Positions 37,391 to 48,600 of a DNA stretch of 64,000 nucleotides are shown piece by piece. Every line of letters starts with the position of its first letter. Within the stretch, counting starts at the first letter, position 1. Source of the DNA: Phoronis australis (taxonomy: Eukaryota > Animalia > Phoronida); the NCBI GenBank assembly GCA_002633005.1, contig NMRA01000035.1:248001-312000 (forward strand), given 5' to 3'. Position numbers and translations under genes: made by a program. The notes beneath the pieces are model-generated. The model ran no database searches. It was not told the origin of the DNA and saw nothing but the letters and a program-made list of their open reading frames with translations.

Positions 37391-40300
37391 ATGGCGCTGT
37401 CCATGAGGTTATCGGTGTTAGGTTTTCGACAACAGTTTAAGCGTTTAACTGCGTATTTTAGCACTGACAGTGAAACAGGTGAAGTACATTCAAAAGGTAA
37501 TCCGGTGAAGGTATTCTCATTATAAAAAGCATGGGATAAATCGTTTAAATTGACTTGGACTTAGGGATTGGACCTTCTTCAGCGGCCTTGCCCTTGCCAT
37601 TGATTGGTTGACGCCTAAATTCTAAAAAGAGAAAAAAAGAGCGCAGGCCTGATGCCTTTTGCGGTACACCAGGGGTGTTTAGGCCAGAAGGCCTGGCCCA
37701 TTACAGGTTGGCGTCTATATCCCTGCGGTTATTTGTAGCACGGTCTTCAGACGTAGTAAAAGTGTATGTAATGTAGTCGTCAATTACACGGTGACCATCG
37801 CCTCTACTCGACTCTAGTCAACTAGAGGCGGTGTAGTAGCTCCGATAGGAGCATCATATGCTGGACGCTTTTCGGTGAATTATGCATCACGCTGACTAAA
37901 ACATCAAAGTCACATTGTTATAAATACCTTTTGCGCTTAGAGGGACACCTTAGGCTAGGAAGCCGTCGATTTATTTAATTCCTTCCAATTCAAAGAAATT
38001 TACTCCTGTTATCAAACTTTTTCTTCGAGCAGTCACTCGTTCAGTTCCCCAAATCAGAAACTCGCCATTTTTAACACTGCGGGCAGCAGGTGGTATGACG
38101 TCATATTTCTTGGCGTGTGCAGTGTAAAAATGGTCAGTTACCGATTTTGGGAACTAAATGAGGGACTGCTCCAAGAAAAAGTTTGATAACGAGAGTATTT
38201 CTTCAAGTTCGAAGGAATTAAATACATCGACGGCTTTCTGAGGTGTTCCTCTATGTGCAAACGGTATTTATAACAACGTGACTGTGATGTTGTAGTCAGT
38301 GGGAGGCATAATTCACCGAAAAGCTTTTGGCGTATGAAGCTCCTATAGGAGCTACATTGTCTCTAGTTGCTTAGAGACGGTGGTCACTAGTGTCTATATT
38401 ATCATCTGCTGCTCAAATTGATACTTTGGTACTGGTTGGATGGATATAGCGCCAGATAGAGAAACAACCAATCACTGAGTAAATAACAGGCCCGTTATAA
38501 TAAGACGTTATAATACACAGGCAGTTTGTCTGTCCCTCAATCCCCACTGATGTCACTCACTACTAATAAAACATAAAGGTTGGACACTAAAAATTGGTTT
38601 CTTCAGAATTTTCATCTGAAATGTGGATGGAACTCTACGAAATCAACATCAAACAAAACTTTGAATACCTTCTTTCACTTGATCACATCAAATTGCCTTC
38701 AAGTAGTGAATTGACAACAAAAGTGTCAAAAAAACACCTAAATCACACATTCAAGGAGGCTATTTTGTGACGTTCATGGCAGACAACCTTTGTACACATT
38801 CAAATTTTTTACGGATACTCCTGAAGCTCTTTTTTCGCGTGCCTATGAATATTATTTGAGTGCCATTCACATATACAGCTTGAATGTAGTTACACTCTGG
38901 CTTTGTAAAATAACGTTTATAACTGACGAACCACGGGTTGCTGGCCAGTGGCCACTACCTACTGAGAAATCCAGCAGCTAGGTTATTTCCCGCAACTAAA
39001 TGTGCTGTCAGACATGGGAAATCTGCCAAAAGCCAAGTGTTTGTTGTGCTTCAACCCAGAGTAGTCAAGATCAAACACAAGATAACTCCAGTTCTTGTAA
39101 TTAAGTTCTATATTAAATAATAAAATGAGCACTGAAAAGAAGTTAATTACACATAAGTGCATGGTTAATTTTACTTACCCCTGTTATTTCAAATCAGATG
39201 ACATGTTCCCTGTCTTTGCCATAGTCTTTGCTTGCTTGAACTCGAAGTTTTATTTTCACCAACCGTATAAGTTAAAGCACAACTGAAATACACCATGTTA
39301 ACTATTTAGCCTCCTTGAATTAGAGTTTTGTGTTTGTATTGGAAATTCCATCGCTAATTCACCACTTGCGAGGAGAATTTAATGGTATCAGGGGAAGATA
39401 AGGCTTGGGAAGTCTATGCAATACCTGTCTGAGGGAGGTACACGCAGATTTTGTTTAGACTTGGGACGGTTGAAGTTGGCAGGCTAGGTTCTGCTAAATT
39501 TTAGTGTCCAACCTTTAATATGTAATTCTTATATGGTTATGAGTCATTGGGAACTTTGTCTGCCTGTGATATTACATATATGTCAAAACACAGTTATGAG
39601 TAGGAGCTGCTGTGTGTCAAATTAACAGAGACCTCAAAATGTCACACCACCCAGGCCCGAGTTGTGATGGACCGCCATGCTCAAATTTTGAACCCCCTCA
39701 AATTTGACTAACACGCTCAAATTCTGAGGTACCATATTTATGGAAACGATATGATCATTTGCAAAAAATTTTAATCAATAACGCAGAACACGATGGTCTC
39801 CCCTTGTGGACCATTGGGACTGAGACTATTTTGTTGTTCCCACGTGCTCAACTTAAATGCTGGTGAGAACACTTGAGAGGACAACATGTTTTACCGTACT
39901 CGTCCGCATTACCGCCCTGGGCGCTTAATTTGGGAATCTAAAGAAACGGGGTGGGCGGTAAGCCCAGCATGGGCGCTTAAAAATAAAAAAAATTTTCAGG
40001 GATGGGCAGTAAGCCAAGCATGGGCCGTAAGCCAGACGAGTATGGTAGTTCAACTCATTCTATAATGTTCAATAAACTGGAATACACATGGCAAGGATGA
40101 TGATGATGATGATGCAACTGGTATCGCCATCTATTGAACAGTAATGATACAGTAATGCCGTTCTGAAGATCGTCGAATACAATTCACTCATTATATGCCT
40201 ATTAAGTCTGTAATCATTTCATCTTTTCAGGCGATGGAACCACTTCAGAAGAAAACATGGAAAGGAAAAAAAGCAAGTTTGTTCAGGCTTTTGAAAAACT

Positions 40301-43300
40301 TACCCACCTAGACACAGACAACAACACTAAGTCGGACTTGCCATTTGCAACTATGTTAAGACATTCTAAACTGATGCAGCTGGGAGATCCTGATGGAAAG
40401 GTGGTTGTTGGTACTATAGAGCACGTGGTGACTGACGATTTGTATATAGACTTTGGCGGAAAATTCCCCTGTGTTTGCAAGTGTCCACCAAAAAAGGAGC
40501 AGTAAGTTGCAAATTGTTTATTCTGTGTTATTCAAATATTGTCAAATGCCAAATACAATAAACCAATGTCGGGTTTACAAACTTGGCAGAAAAGTAGGAC
40601 AAAATTACCATCTTGTTGCATAACCTCACTCGTAGTCTTGCTCATAGAAAACTAGCACGAGGTCTAACAAACCTCTTGTGAATTCCTGCTGTTCAATAAC
40701 CAGTTAGCACCGTGACACCAAAGGTTGGTGGGACAAAATCACCGTCTTGTTCATTACCTCATATAATAAGGTCAACAGCTCAGCACTTGGAAACTGAACT
40801 CAAGGTTTTGACAAATCTCAGGTGAATTGCTGCTGTGCGTTACATTTGCTCCATGTCGTCAATGGAAGTGGGTCAAAAATCCAACTGGCTTCTCATCACG
40901 CAAAAATTCTTTGGACCGTCACTCGCAATCTCCTATCTGTATGCTGATCTTCCTAGAATAGCAACTCGTGGTACTTATGGAAAATGGAGCACTTTTCAGC
41001 TTGCAGATTTTAAAAGTTTGGGGCAAAATAGATACACCAAGAACAATAAAAATTGACAAATCAACCTTTATTTCAATTATATATCTGGAACTCCAACGAT
41101 TTTCTGTGTAATTAGTTTCTTTTGTGTTGTGTTAGATTTTAACGTCCTCCAAAAAAGTGGTGAAAACAAATCCAAGTGTATGTCAATTCAATACTTGTCT
41201 AGGCAGACTGATCAAATGCTGAATTGTACACGCCATTTTTTCACAAATTTCTAAAGCATTTGAGTTCACAACGAGAAAGTGTCAACAATATCATGTTAAT
41301 TATTAAAATGAAGGCTAGATTACAAAAGAGTTGTCAAGTATATTCATTTGTAGTGGTGATCATGTTTTTTTTGAAATTTTCGCACATGCCCTCTGTAATT
41401 TTTGTGTGCACAGTTCTTGAGCCAATGAGAAAGAGGCATTTGGGATTGTCCAATCACAATGATCTTTGTTTTCAAATTAGGAAAATCACAAGCTTCAAGA
41501 GTGTGAATGCAAACAATTTTTTAAATGTTTTTAATCTGGCTTAGACTTGTATTTTTGATGTGGGGATGGGTTTATTTTCTATTGCATGTTTAGTTTTGTC
41601 CTGTGAACTAAACTGCATGTCTCCTTTTAACTAAGAAGAAAGTTGTCATCTAACCTTTGGTGGAGCGTGTCTTTGAGTGACACTTGCTCTGAAGGACATG
41701 TGACAGCTTGGTACTTTTGATTGAAATTGTGTCAATTGCCAGATAAAATAAGTAATATCTGTTGTATGTTCAAAGCAAGTTGCTGAAAACTGTTGATTCT
41801 TATTGGGACTCATGTTCTTTGTCACTATTTATGATTACTGTGTGGAAAAAATGACAGTTATATGGATGCATGGTATTTCTTTTATTGATTGTGCATCTTC
41901 ATGGACGTGCTATTTAACAGATGATTCAGGTACTTATTGGGCACCGCAAGTTAGCTAAGCATCAAAACATCACAGGCATCATGACATGCTCAAGCTGCGC
42001 TTAGTGGGGCATGGAAGCTGAGACTTCTCAACATTCAGTAGGGATTTACCCTGCCTATCAAAGACTTAGAAGCCTTCTACTCTATAGACATGTAACTTGC
42101 CTGGCGGAAATCAGCACAGCATTATAGGTTCCAATTTCCTGAAAAAACAGGCAAATTGGAAGACTTACATTATTTAGAACCCCTGACTGAGGGCCAGTGA
42201 GGGGTCCACAGGAGTCGTCATCAGGTGATTAGTACAGTGGGACCTGCCCTGAGGCCTAAGCACACCTGGTGCACTGCAAAAAAATTGTAGCATTTGCCAC
42301 TTTTTTATTTTTATTGTGTTTGTGTCCTGATTGATTTATAAATTATTATTTTATTTTTGCTTCAGAGACTACACTAGAGGGACCCAAGTGAAAATACGAC
42401 TTCATGATTTGGAGATGTCATCCAGATTTCTTGGAGCGACAAAGGACATTACTCTGCTGGAAGCAGATGCCACTTTAATTGGTCTGTACAAAGCAGACGA
42501 TAAAGAGAAAAGCAGACAATCNGCCATTTTTTCACAAATTTCTAAAGCATTTGAGTTCACAACGAGAAAGTGTCAACAATATCATGTTAATTATTAAAAT
42601 GAAGGCTAGATTACAAAAGAGTTGTCAAGTATATTCATTTGTAGTGGTGATCATGTTTTTTTGAAATTTTCGCACATGCCCTCTGTAATTTTTGTGTGCA
42701 CAGTTCTTGAGCCAATGAGAAAGAGGCATTTGGGATTGTCCAATCACAATGATCTTTGTTTTCAAATTAGGAAAATCACAAGCTTCAAGAGTGTGAATGC
42801 AAACATTTTTTAAATGTTTTTAATCTGGCTTAGAGTTATATTCCTCCAAGGTTCTGGTTTGTGATAGCCTGTTGAGACTTCACATAAAATCTAGTATGAT
42901 TCTTACGCTCAAATTATCTAATGGAGTGCTGAAAGTTATCCAGCACCAGTCCTTGATTGGTTCCTTTCTTTGAAGTGAAAGAGGTATTAATGTTTTTCAC
43001 CACTTGTGGCTGTTTGTTAGAAATAGAAAGTGTTGACTGAAGTTTTCATCTGAAATGGTGTATAACATAAAGTAAGTGGTCGCTGAGAAAGTTTAGTGTA
43101 AGGTAATTTAAAGGGTCTGTGACTGGTCAGTTAACCAGGTGTAGAAGAATTTTTGATGTGGGGATGGGTTTATTTTCTATTGCATGTTTAGTTTTGTCCT
43201 GTGAACTTAACTGCATGTCTCCTTTGAACTAAGGAGAAGAAAGTTGTCGTCTAACCTTTGGTATGGTCGTACAAGCCGTGGAGCATGTCTTTGAGTAACA

Positions 43301-44179
43301 CTTGCTGTGAAGGACATGTGACATCTTGGTACTTTTGATTGAAATTTTGTCAATTGCCAGGTAAAATAAGTAATGTCTGTTGTTTGTTCAAAGCAAGTTG
43401 CTGAAAACTGTTGATTCTTATTGGGACTCATGTTCTTTGTCACTATTTATGATTACTGTGTGGAAAAAATGACAGTTACATGGATGCACGGTATTTCTTT
43501 TATTGGTTGTGCATCTTCTATTTTTTACTCTTATACATAGATGGACATGCTATTTGACAGATGATTCAGGTACTTATTGGGCACTGCAACTTAGCTAAGC
43601 ATCAAAACATCACAGGCATCATGACATGCTCAAGCTGCGCTTAGTGGGGCATGGAAGCTGAGACTTCTCAACATTCAGGAGGGATTTACCCTGCCTATCA
43701 AAGACTTAGCAGCCTTTTACTCTATAGACATGTAACTTGCCTGGCGGAAATCAGCACAGCATTATAGGTTCCAATTTCCTGAAAAAACAGGCAAATTGGA
43801 AGACTTACCTTTGTATTTAGAACCCCTGACTGAGGGGTCCACAGGAGTCGTCCTCAGGTGATTAGTACAGTGGACCCTGCCCTGAGGCCTAAGCACAGCT
43901 GGTGCACCGCAAAAAAATTTGTAGCATTTGCCACTTTTTATTTTTATTGTGTTTGTGTCCTGATTGATTTATTAATTATTATTTTATTTTTACTTCAGAG
44001 ACTACACTAGAGGGACCCAAGTGAAAATACGACTTCATGATTTGGAGATGTCATCCAGATTTCTTGGAGCGACAAAGGACATTACTCTGCTGGAAGCAGA
44101 TGCCACTTTAATTGGTCTGTACAAAGCAGACGATAAAGAGAAAAGCAGACAATCACTGGAAATCACTGGAAATCATTGA
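37391..44179 (+). CDS. MRPS28: Mitochondrial ribosomal protein S28 (bS1m), 3 exons, 185 aa
   Basis: Exons 37391-37496 (Arg/Ser/Leu-rich presequence), 40231-40501 ([45 protein letters not shown]), 43999-44179 ([36 protein letters not shown]); GT-AG, 558 nt; AATAAA at 44210. An in-frame ATG at 37370 is an alternative start. Confidence 0.94.
37786..38393. mobile_element. ~600-bp foldback/palindromic MITE
   Basis: Arms of ~280 bp are imperfect reverse complements (GTGACCATCGCCTCTA / TAGAGACGGTGGTCAC; TTTTCGGTGAATTATGC / GCATAATTCACCGAAAA; TTATCAAACTTTTTCTT / AAGAAAAAGTTTGATAA). Confidence 0.85.
38577..39514. mobile_element. Non-autonomous TIR element, Kolobok-like
   Basis: TIR AGGTTGGACACTAAAA / TTTTAGTGTCCAACCT flanked by ATAA and TTAA. 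Confidence 0.7.
39894..40045. mobile_element. Tc1/pogo-type MITE
   Basis: TA|CCGTACTCGTC ... GACGAGTATGG|TA; related inverted copy at 45513-45614. Confidence 0.75.
41232..44154. repeat. Tandem duplication C (41232-42521 / 42523-44154), junction at N 42522
   Basis: Colinear near-identical copies; copy 2 has ~315 bp extra at ~42835-43148. Confidence 0.95.
42366..42521 (+). other. MRPS28: Truncated second copy of MRPS28 exon 3
   Basis: Matches 43999-44154 and is cut by the N at 42522. Confidence 0.9.
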
Positions 44180-44209
44180 ATGTGGAAAGGAGTAGACTTG
44201 GTGTTTATT

Positions 44210-44215
44210 AATAAA
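44210..44215 (+). terminator. Polyadenylation signal of MRPS28
   Basis: AATAAA 30 nt after the stop codon. Confidence 0.6.
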
Positions 44216-44358
44216 GTTTGACCCTTGTAATAGTGGTAGCGACATGGAATTGAAAATCAAATGAATTGGGAATGGAGTGAACACGTCTTGCGGAATAATT
44301 CCAAAACAATTTTGGTATTATATAAATATGCAAGTCTTAAACGGGCGTGGAAATGTAG

Positions 44359-44535
44359 ATCGCAAACAATTTTAAATCTGGTCAGCACGCCACCTGTTGG
44401 CCTCATCACGTGACGTAAGGCATAAAAGTCTGAAAAGATTTCTGCCACGGCTTTGAGTCGAGGCCTATATCACGTTAGGTCATGTTACATGGCCAACAGG
44501 TGGCGTGCTGACCAAACTTAAAAATTGTTTGTGAT
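44359..44535. mobile_element. Short inverted-repeat element (MITE-like)
   Basis: ~45-bp arms with a perfect 24-bp core TGGTCAGCACGCCACCTGTTGGCC (44379-44402) and its reverse complement (44491-44514). Confidence 0.75.
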
Positions 44536-45512
44536 GTTTTGGTATTGTTTTATTACATGTTTCTCAACTCCCATTGTGCATGGCCACAGTTGCATTTCAC
44601 TCTGGTTGGACAAAAACAATTAAGATATATTGTTAACTGTCATATAATTGGTCTCATAATATACCTTGCAGTGATGGGCTTCCATTTGAAAAAGAACATC
44701 AAAACCATTAGTGACTCAAGAAAACACTTTGTTGGGGTAAGCAGACTCGAAAATTGCAAATTCGAAAATTGCGCACGCGACTTGAGTTGGTAACAGAAAT
44801 AAAATCTTATCGTGCTAAGGAATATTATGAGATTGACTTTATGAAAGTAAATAGCCTACAGGTAATTCGATTTTTGTTTTTTAACCACCTAAAAGGGGTG
44901 AAATGCAGCTTTAACTATCATTCAGTAAACTGTTCAAATGTTACCTCCACATCAGACACATGAATGAGGCAGTTCTTGCTTTGCTACAAATGGAAGTGCA
45001 AAATTGTTGCTAGTTTAGAATAACGTCAAAAAGTTAATAAAGCCCACCGATTCAGTCACTAGTGTTTTGCTGATTTCATGCCCCATTTCATCAGTACAGT
45101 ACTCAAACAAAGTTACCCTTAGCTTCCGGTCAAAGCAGCTGGGTGAATGTTGGAATACGTCATCAGAGTAGTCTCTCCTGATGACCGAGAAAGAAGAGGA
45201 ATTACCAGGAAGGTTACATAGGAGGCTCTGAACCAGCTATTGTCAGTTATTTTTGTAGTTAGCAGAAGTCGCTTTCATGATGCGGAAATGGTATTTTGTC
45301 CCATTAGTTTTGTTGTGTACTGGAGGTAATGATTCCGTAATATTGTAGGCTTGAACAAATACCCACATACTGGGTAAAACGTGTGCAAATTAACTGTATA
45401 AAAGTATGAGAAAGCCTGAAATGTGCCATGGTCAGCAGTATCTTCATATGATTTCAGTCTTTTAATTATTTTGTACTTAATATGGCCACCTTTGTTTTTG
45501 AGAAGAATTTTA

Positions 45513-45614
45513 CCGTACTTGTCCTGATTACTGCCCATGCTCGGCTTACCGCCCACCCTCTGTTTTTTAGATTGCCAACTTAAGCGCCCTGGGCAATAAC
45601 CCGGATGAGCACGG
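45513..45614. mobile_element. Tc1/pogo-type MITE, same family as 39894-40045
   Basis: TA|CCGTACTTGTCC ... GGATGAGCACGG|TA; internal GCCCATGCT, CTTACCGCCCACCC, TTAAGCGCCC shared in reverse orientation. Confidence 0.75.
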
Positions 45615-48600
45615 TAGCACGATTGGCATGCATTCAACTCTAGTTTTACACGGCAATCTGTCTTGATCAGGAGTCGCCAATGTAAGAGATAAAAGTTGTC
45701 TCATATGTGACAATTACTCAATTAAGTTGCACACGTTTGTATTCAGTGTATTGAAGATTTTCATTCTGCTGTTTATGCCTTATTGGGCAATTGTCTCTTA
45801 TAGGGTACTGGATTTTGAGAACCAGTTTGATGCCTGTTATTCAGTGCAGAAAACTGGTTCTAAAATACAGGACCCCATTAAGTGTCTGTTATCCCTTATG
45901 GCACCAGGAATTGCAGAATGGACTTCCAGTGTTTGAGTGGTGTATATTGTGAAGTTAAATGTTCAAACTTCACTTATGCAAGATGTAAAACAGATGAATG
46001 AGCAACACCGTGCAAAACCCAGCAAATCTTTGGTTTTCAAACATTGTCTCTGTGTTTTGTTCAGACTCCTTCAATAAATATAGCTTGTGATGTGGACTTC
46101 ATCCAAAGCAGCACATTGCTTGGTGTTAATATTCAGTGCTTTCTTAGTAGCTGTTATGTGACTTTAAGCTGTGAAGTAGGTTCTGAAAGCACCCAAGCAT
46201 TGGTGTACTTTGTTCTTAGGGGTGAGCTGGAAATGGGAAAACGTATGGTGAGGTGTCAGGTGCGGACACAAGTAGGTAAATGTGAATCTTAGAATTTTGT
46301 TTTGATTTGTGGTCAATGATGAATAACAATTGTTTTTGAATATTTCTCTGAAATTGTATAAAATCTCTTGTTACATATTTAACTTAGAGTTTTGTCACAA
46401 AGAGACCCAAGATCATTGTGATTGGATAATGTTGCTCATTTTTCAAAGCCTCTTTCTCATTGGTTCAAGAACTATGCCCACAAAAATTACAGATGGCGCC
46501 ACGTGCAAAAAGTTTTAAAAATTGCTCAGTGATAAGAACAAATATTTTTGACAACTTCTGGTAAATCAACCTTCATTTTATAAATCCTTGCTATTTCATT
46601 AGGGATTCATTTGGTTTCAGTTAAGTAGGTCATTGATTTTCTACTTCCTTTTAAGGCAATGCCCATCAGGCATTTATTTGGTACTGGCTGGGGATGTTCC
46701 TGAAAATGAACACATGTGGCGGATCTAGGATATGAGAGGGACCTAACATTTTTCAGTTTGCGATATCTGCAGAAGTTTTGTGATGTCGTTTGTGTTCAAG
46801 CTGCTGTAAAATCCTCTTTCATCACAAAAGACAACTTTCGATTTACTATTATGAACCTTATTCAAATTAGATGTTACTACAGGGCTTCAAAGGAAGTAAC
46901 AAGTCGGAGGTCATTTTATGATTCAAGCACGTGATCTCGAGGAATAACGAACTGACAGTTCTTTGCAAACCAAGAAATCACTTCTCATCTGAGTGAGAAA
47001 CAAGTTGAGACCAATATCATAGCAGGAATTTTTTAAATCAAAAGTTCACTTCCTGGACGGAACGCGGGTTATCAGCCAAATAATCAGTTCAGTGTTGGAA
47101 ATGGGCAAGTAGTCTATTATGGTGGCAGTAATTATCACAGATAGAATTTTGTACTTGAAATTTTTATTATTAAAGCTATATTTCGTCCTGTTGACCTGAT
47201 TAAAAACGAAAATCGAATTGGGTCATTTACTCATAAAATCGATCTCATGATATTCCTTGCCATGACATGGTTCCATTTTCGTTACGATCGAAAACGTCGA
47301 GACCATCAGCGACTCTATAAACGTCTCTGGGTTTATTGGATTTTTGGCTAACCCCAAAACTGCGGATTCGAAAGTGGCGCCATTGCCTGTTCAGCTGTAA
47401 GCTCATTCGACGACAATTCAAGATCCGCTGAGCGCGATAATGGTTTTAAACCCCAAAGAGCTTCTGTTAAAAATTCAACATTGACAGCTAAACAGAGGCG
47501 AACTATAGCTTTAATAGGTCACTTTCCAGCTTGTTTCTGATCCACTCAGTGCAACCGGTGTTTGATTGACCACCCTCAGGGCGTTAAGTGGTTGCCTCAG
47601 GTCGGTTTGGACTAAAGCGTGCATTCATGTGCGAGTCCTGCCGCCGAAGTACCCATAGCCTTCTTATGATACTGGGATTGATGATTAATTATTTACGCGC
47701 TATTACGACGATTGAATATATCAGGTGTAACGCCTCGAGCGTTTTTCGCTCGCCAGGAGGATTACGGAACGTTACGCCTTAATTGACCCCAATTGCACCC
47801 TCTGGGAGTTGTTGATTCCCGAGTCTCTGTCAAAATGATCGCAAACATTACTGCAGCTACAAATATTGGCTCACTCTTTTGTGCGGTGGCAGATGTGTGC
47901 TTCAAAAGCGTCGTTTCCAATTGACTCTTGCACGTGTCCTCAGTGCCAGATTTTTTATTTTGATTTGATTCTTGAATAATAAAAGTTTCGAAACATTTCG
48001 TGGTCGGGTATTCACGAATGCACCCTTAGATGAGGCGGGGAAAGTAACTATCTGTTATTGTGGGCTTGTCGTCAACTGATCTTTAACTATATATTAAGGT
48101 AATCATACCAATAATTCCGACTAAAATTTATCTCATCCCGTTGTGTAAAGTAAATTGGCAAGCTTTTGCTAAACAAAAGACAAAGCTACTTCCAGTTAAC
48201 AATGTGACCTGTCTTTAACGAGATTTCGGGACGCTTTTAAAGTGATGACAGAAGACTTATAACCGACTAGTTACATTGATTTGGAACTAATTGTTAATTC
48301 TTGAATACATATGCGCCACTTAACTCGGTTGTTTACATTTCTTGGTCTGTTTGTTCGTCTCTGACAGTCCACGCGCCTTGTGCTCGACTTCTTGCACTGA
48401 CGATCTTTGGCTTTTCGTGTTCATATGTGTACATAGACGTTTAGAATTTACCTAGGGCAAGCAAAATCCCGTAGAAGTTCCTAATTCCTCAAAGTGTTAA
48501 TTGTGTGTAAGTGAGCAGATTTCTGTAGGGGACTGATTTTGTCTTATGAGACACGACTTGAGCAATACAATGCATTTGTGTCTCTGGAAAACTGGAATTC

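Larger units (their letters stand above)
34338..37768. repeat. Tandem duplication B (34338-35549 / 36026-37768), junction at N 36025
   Basis: Colinear copies; copy 2 has two extra segments (36571-36807, ~36901-37168), copy 1 continues into unique sequence 35550-36024. Confidence 0.93.
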
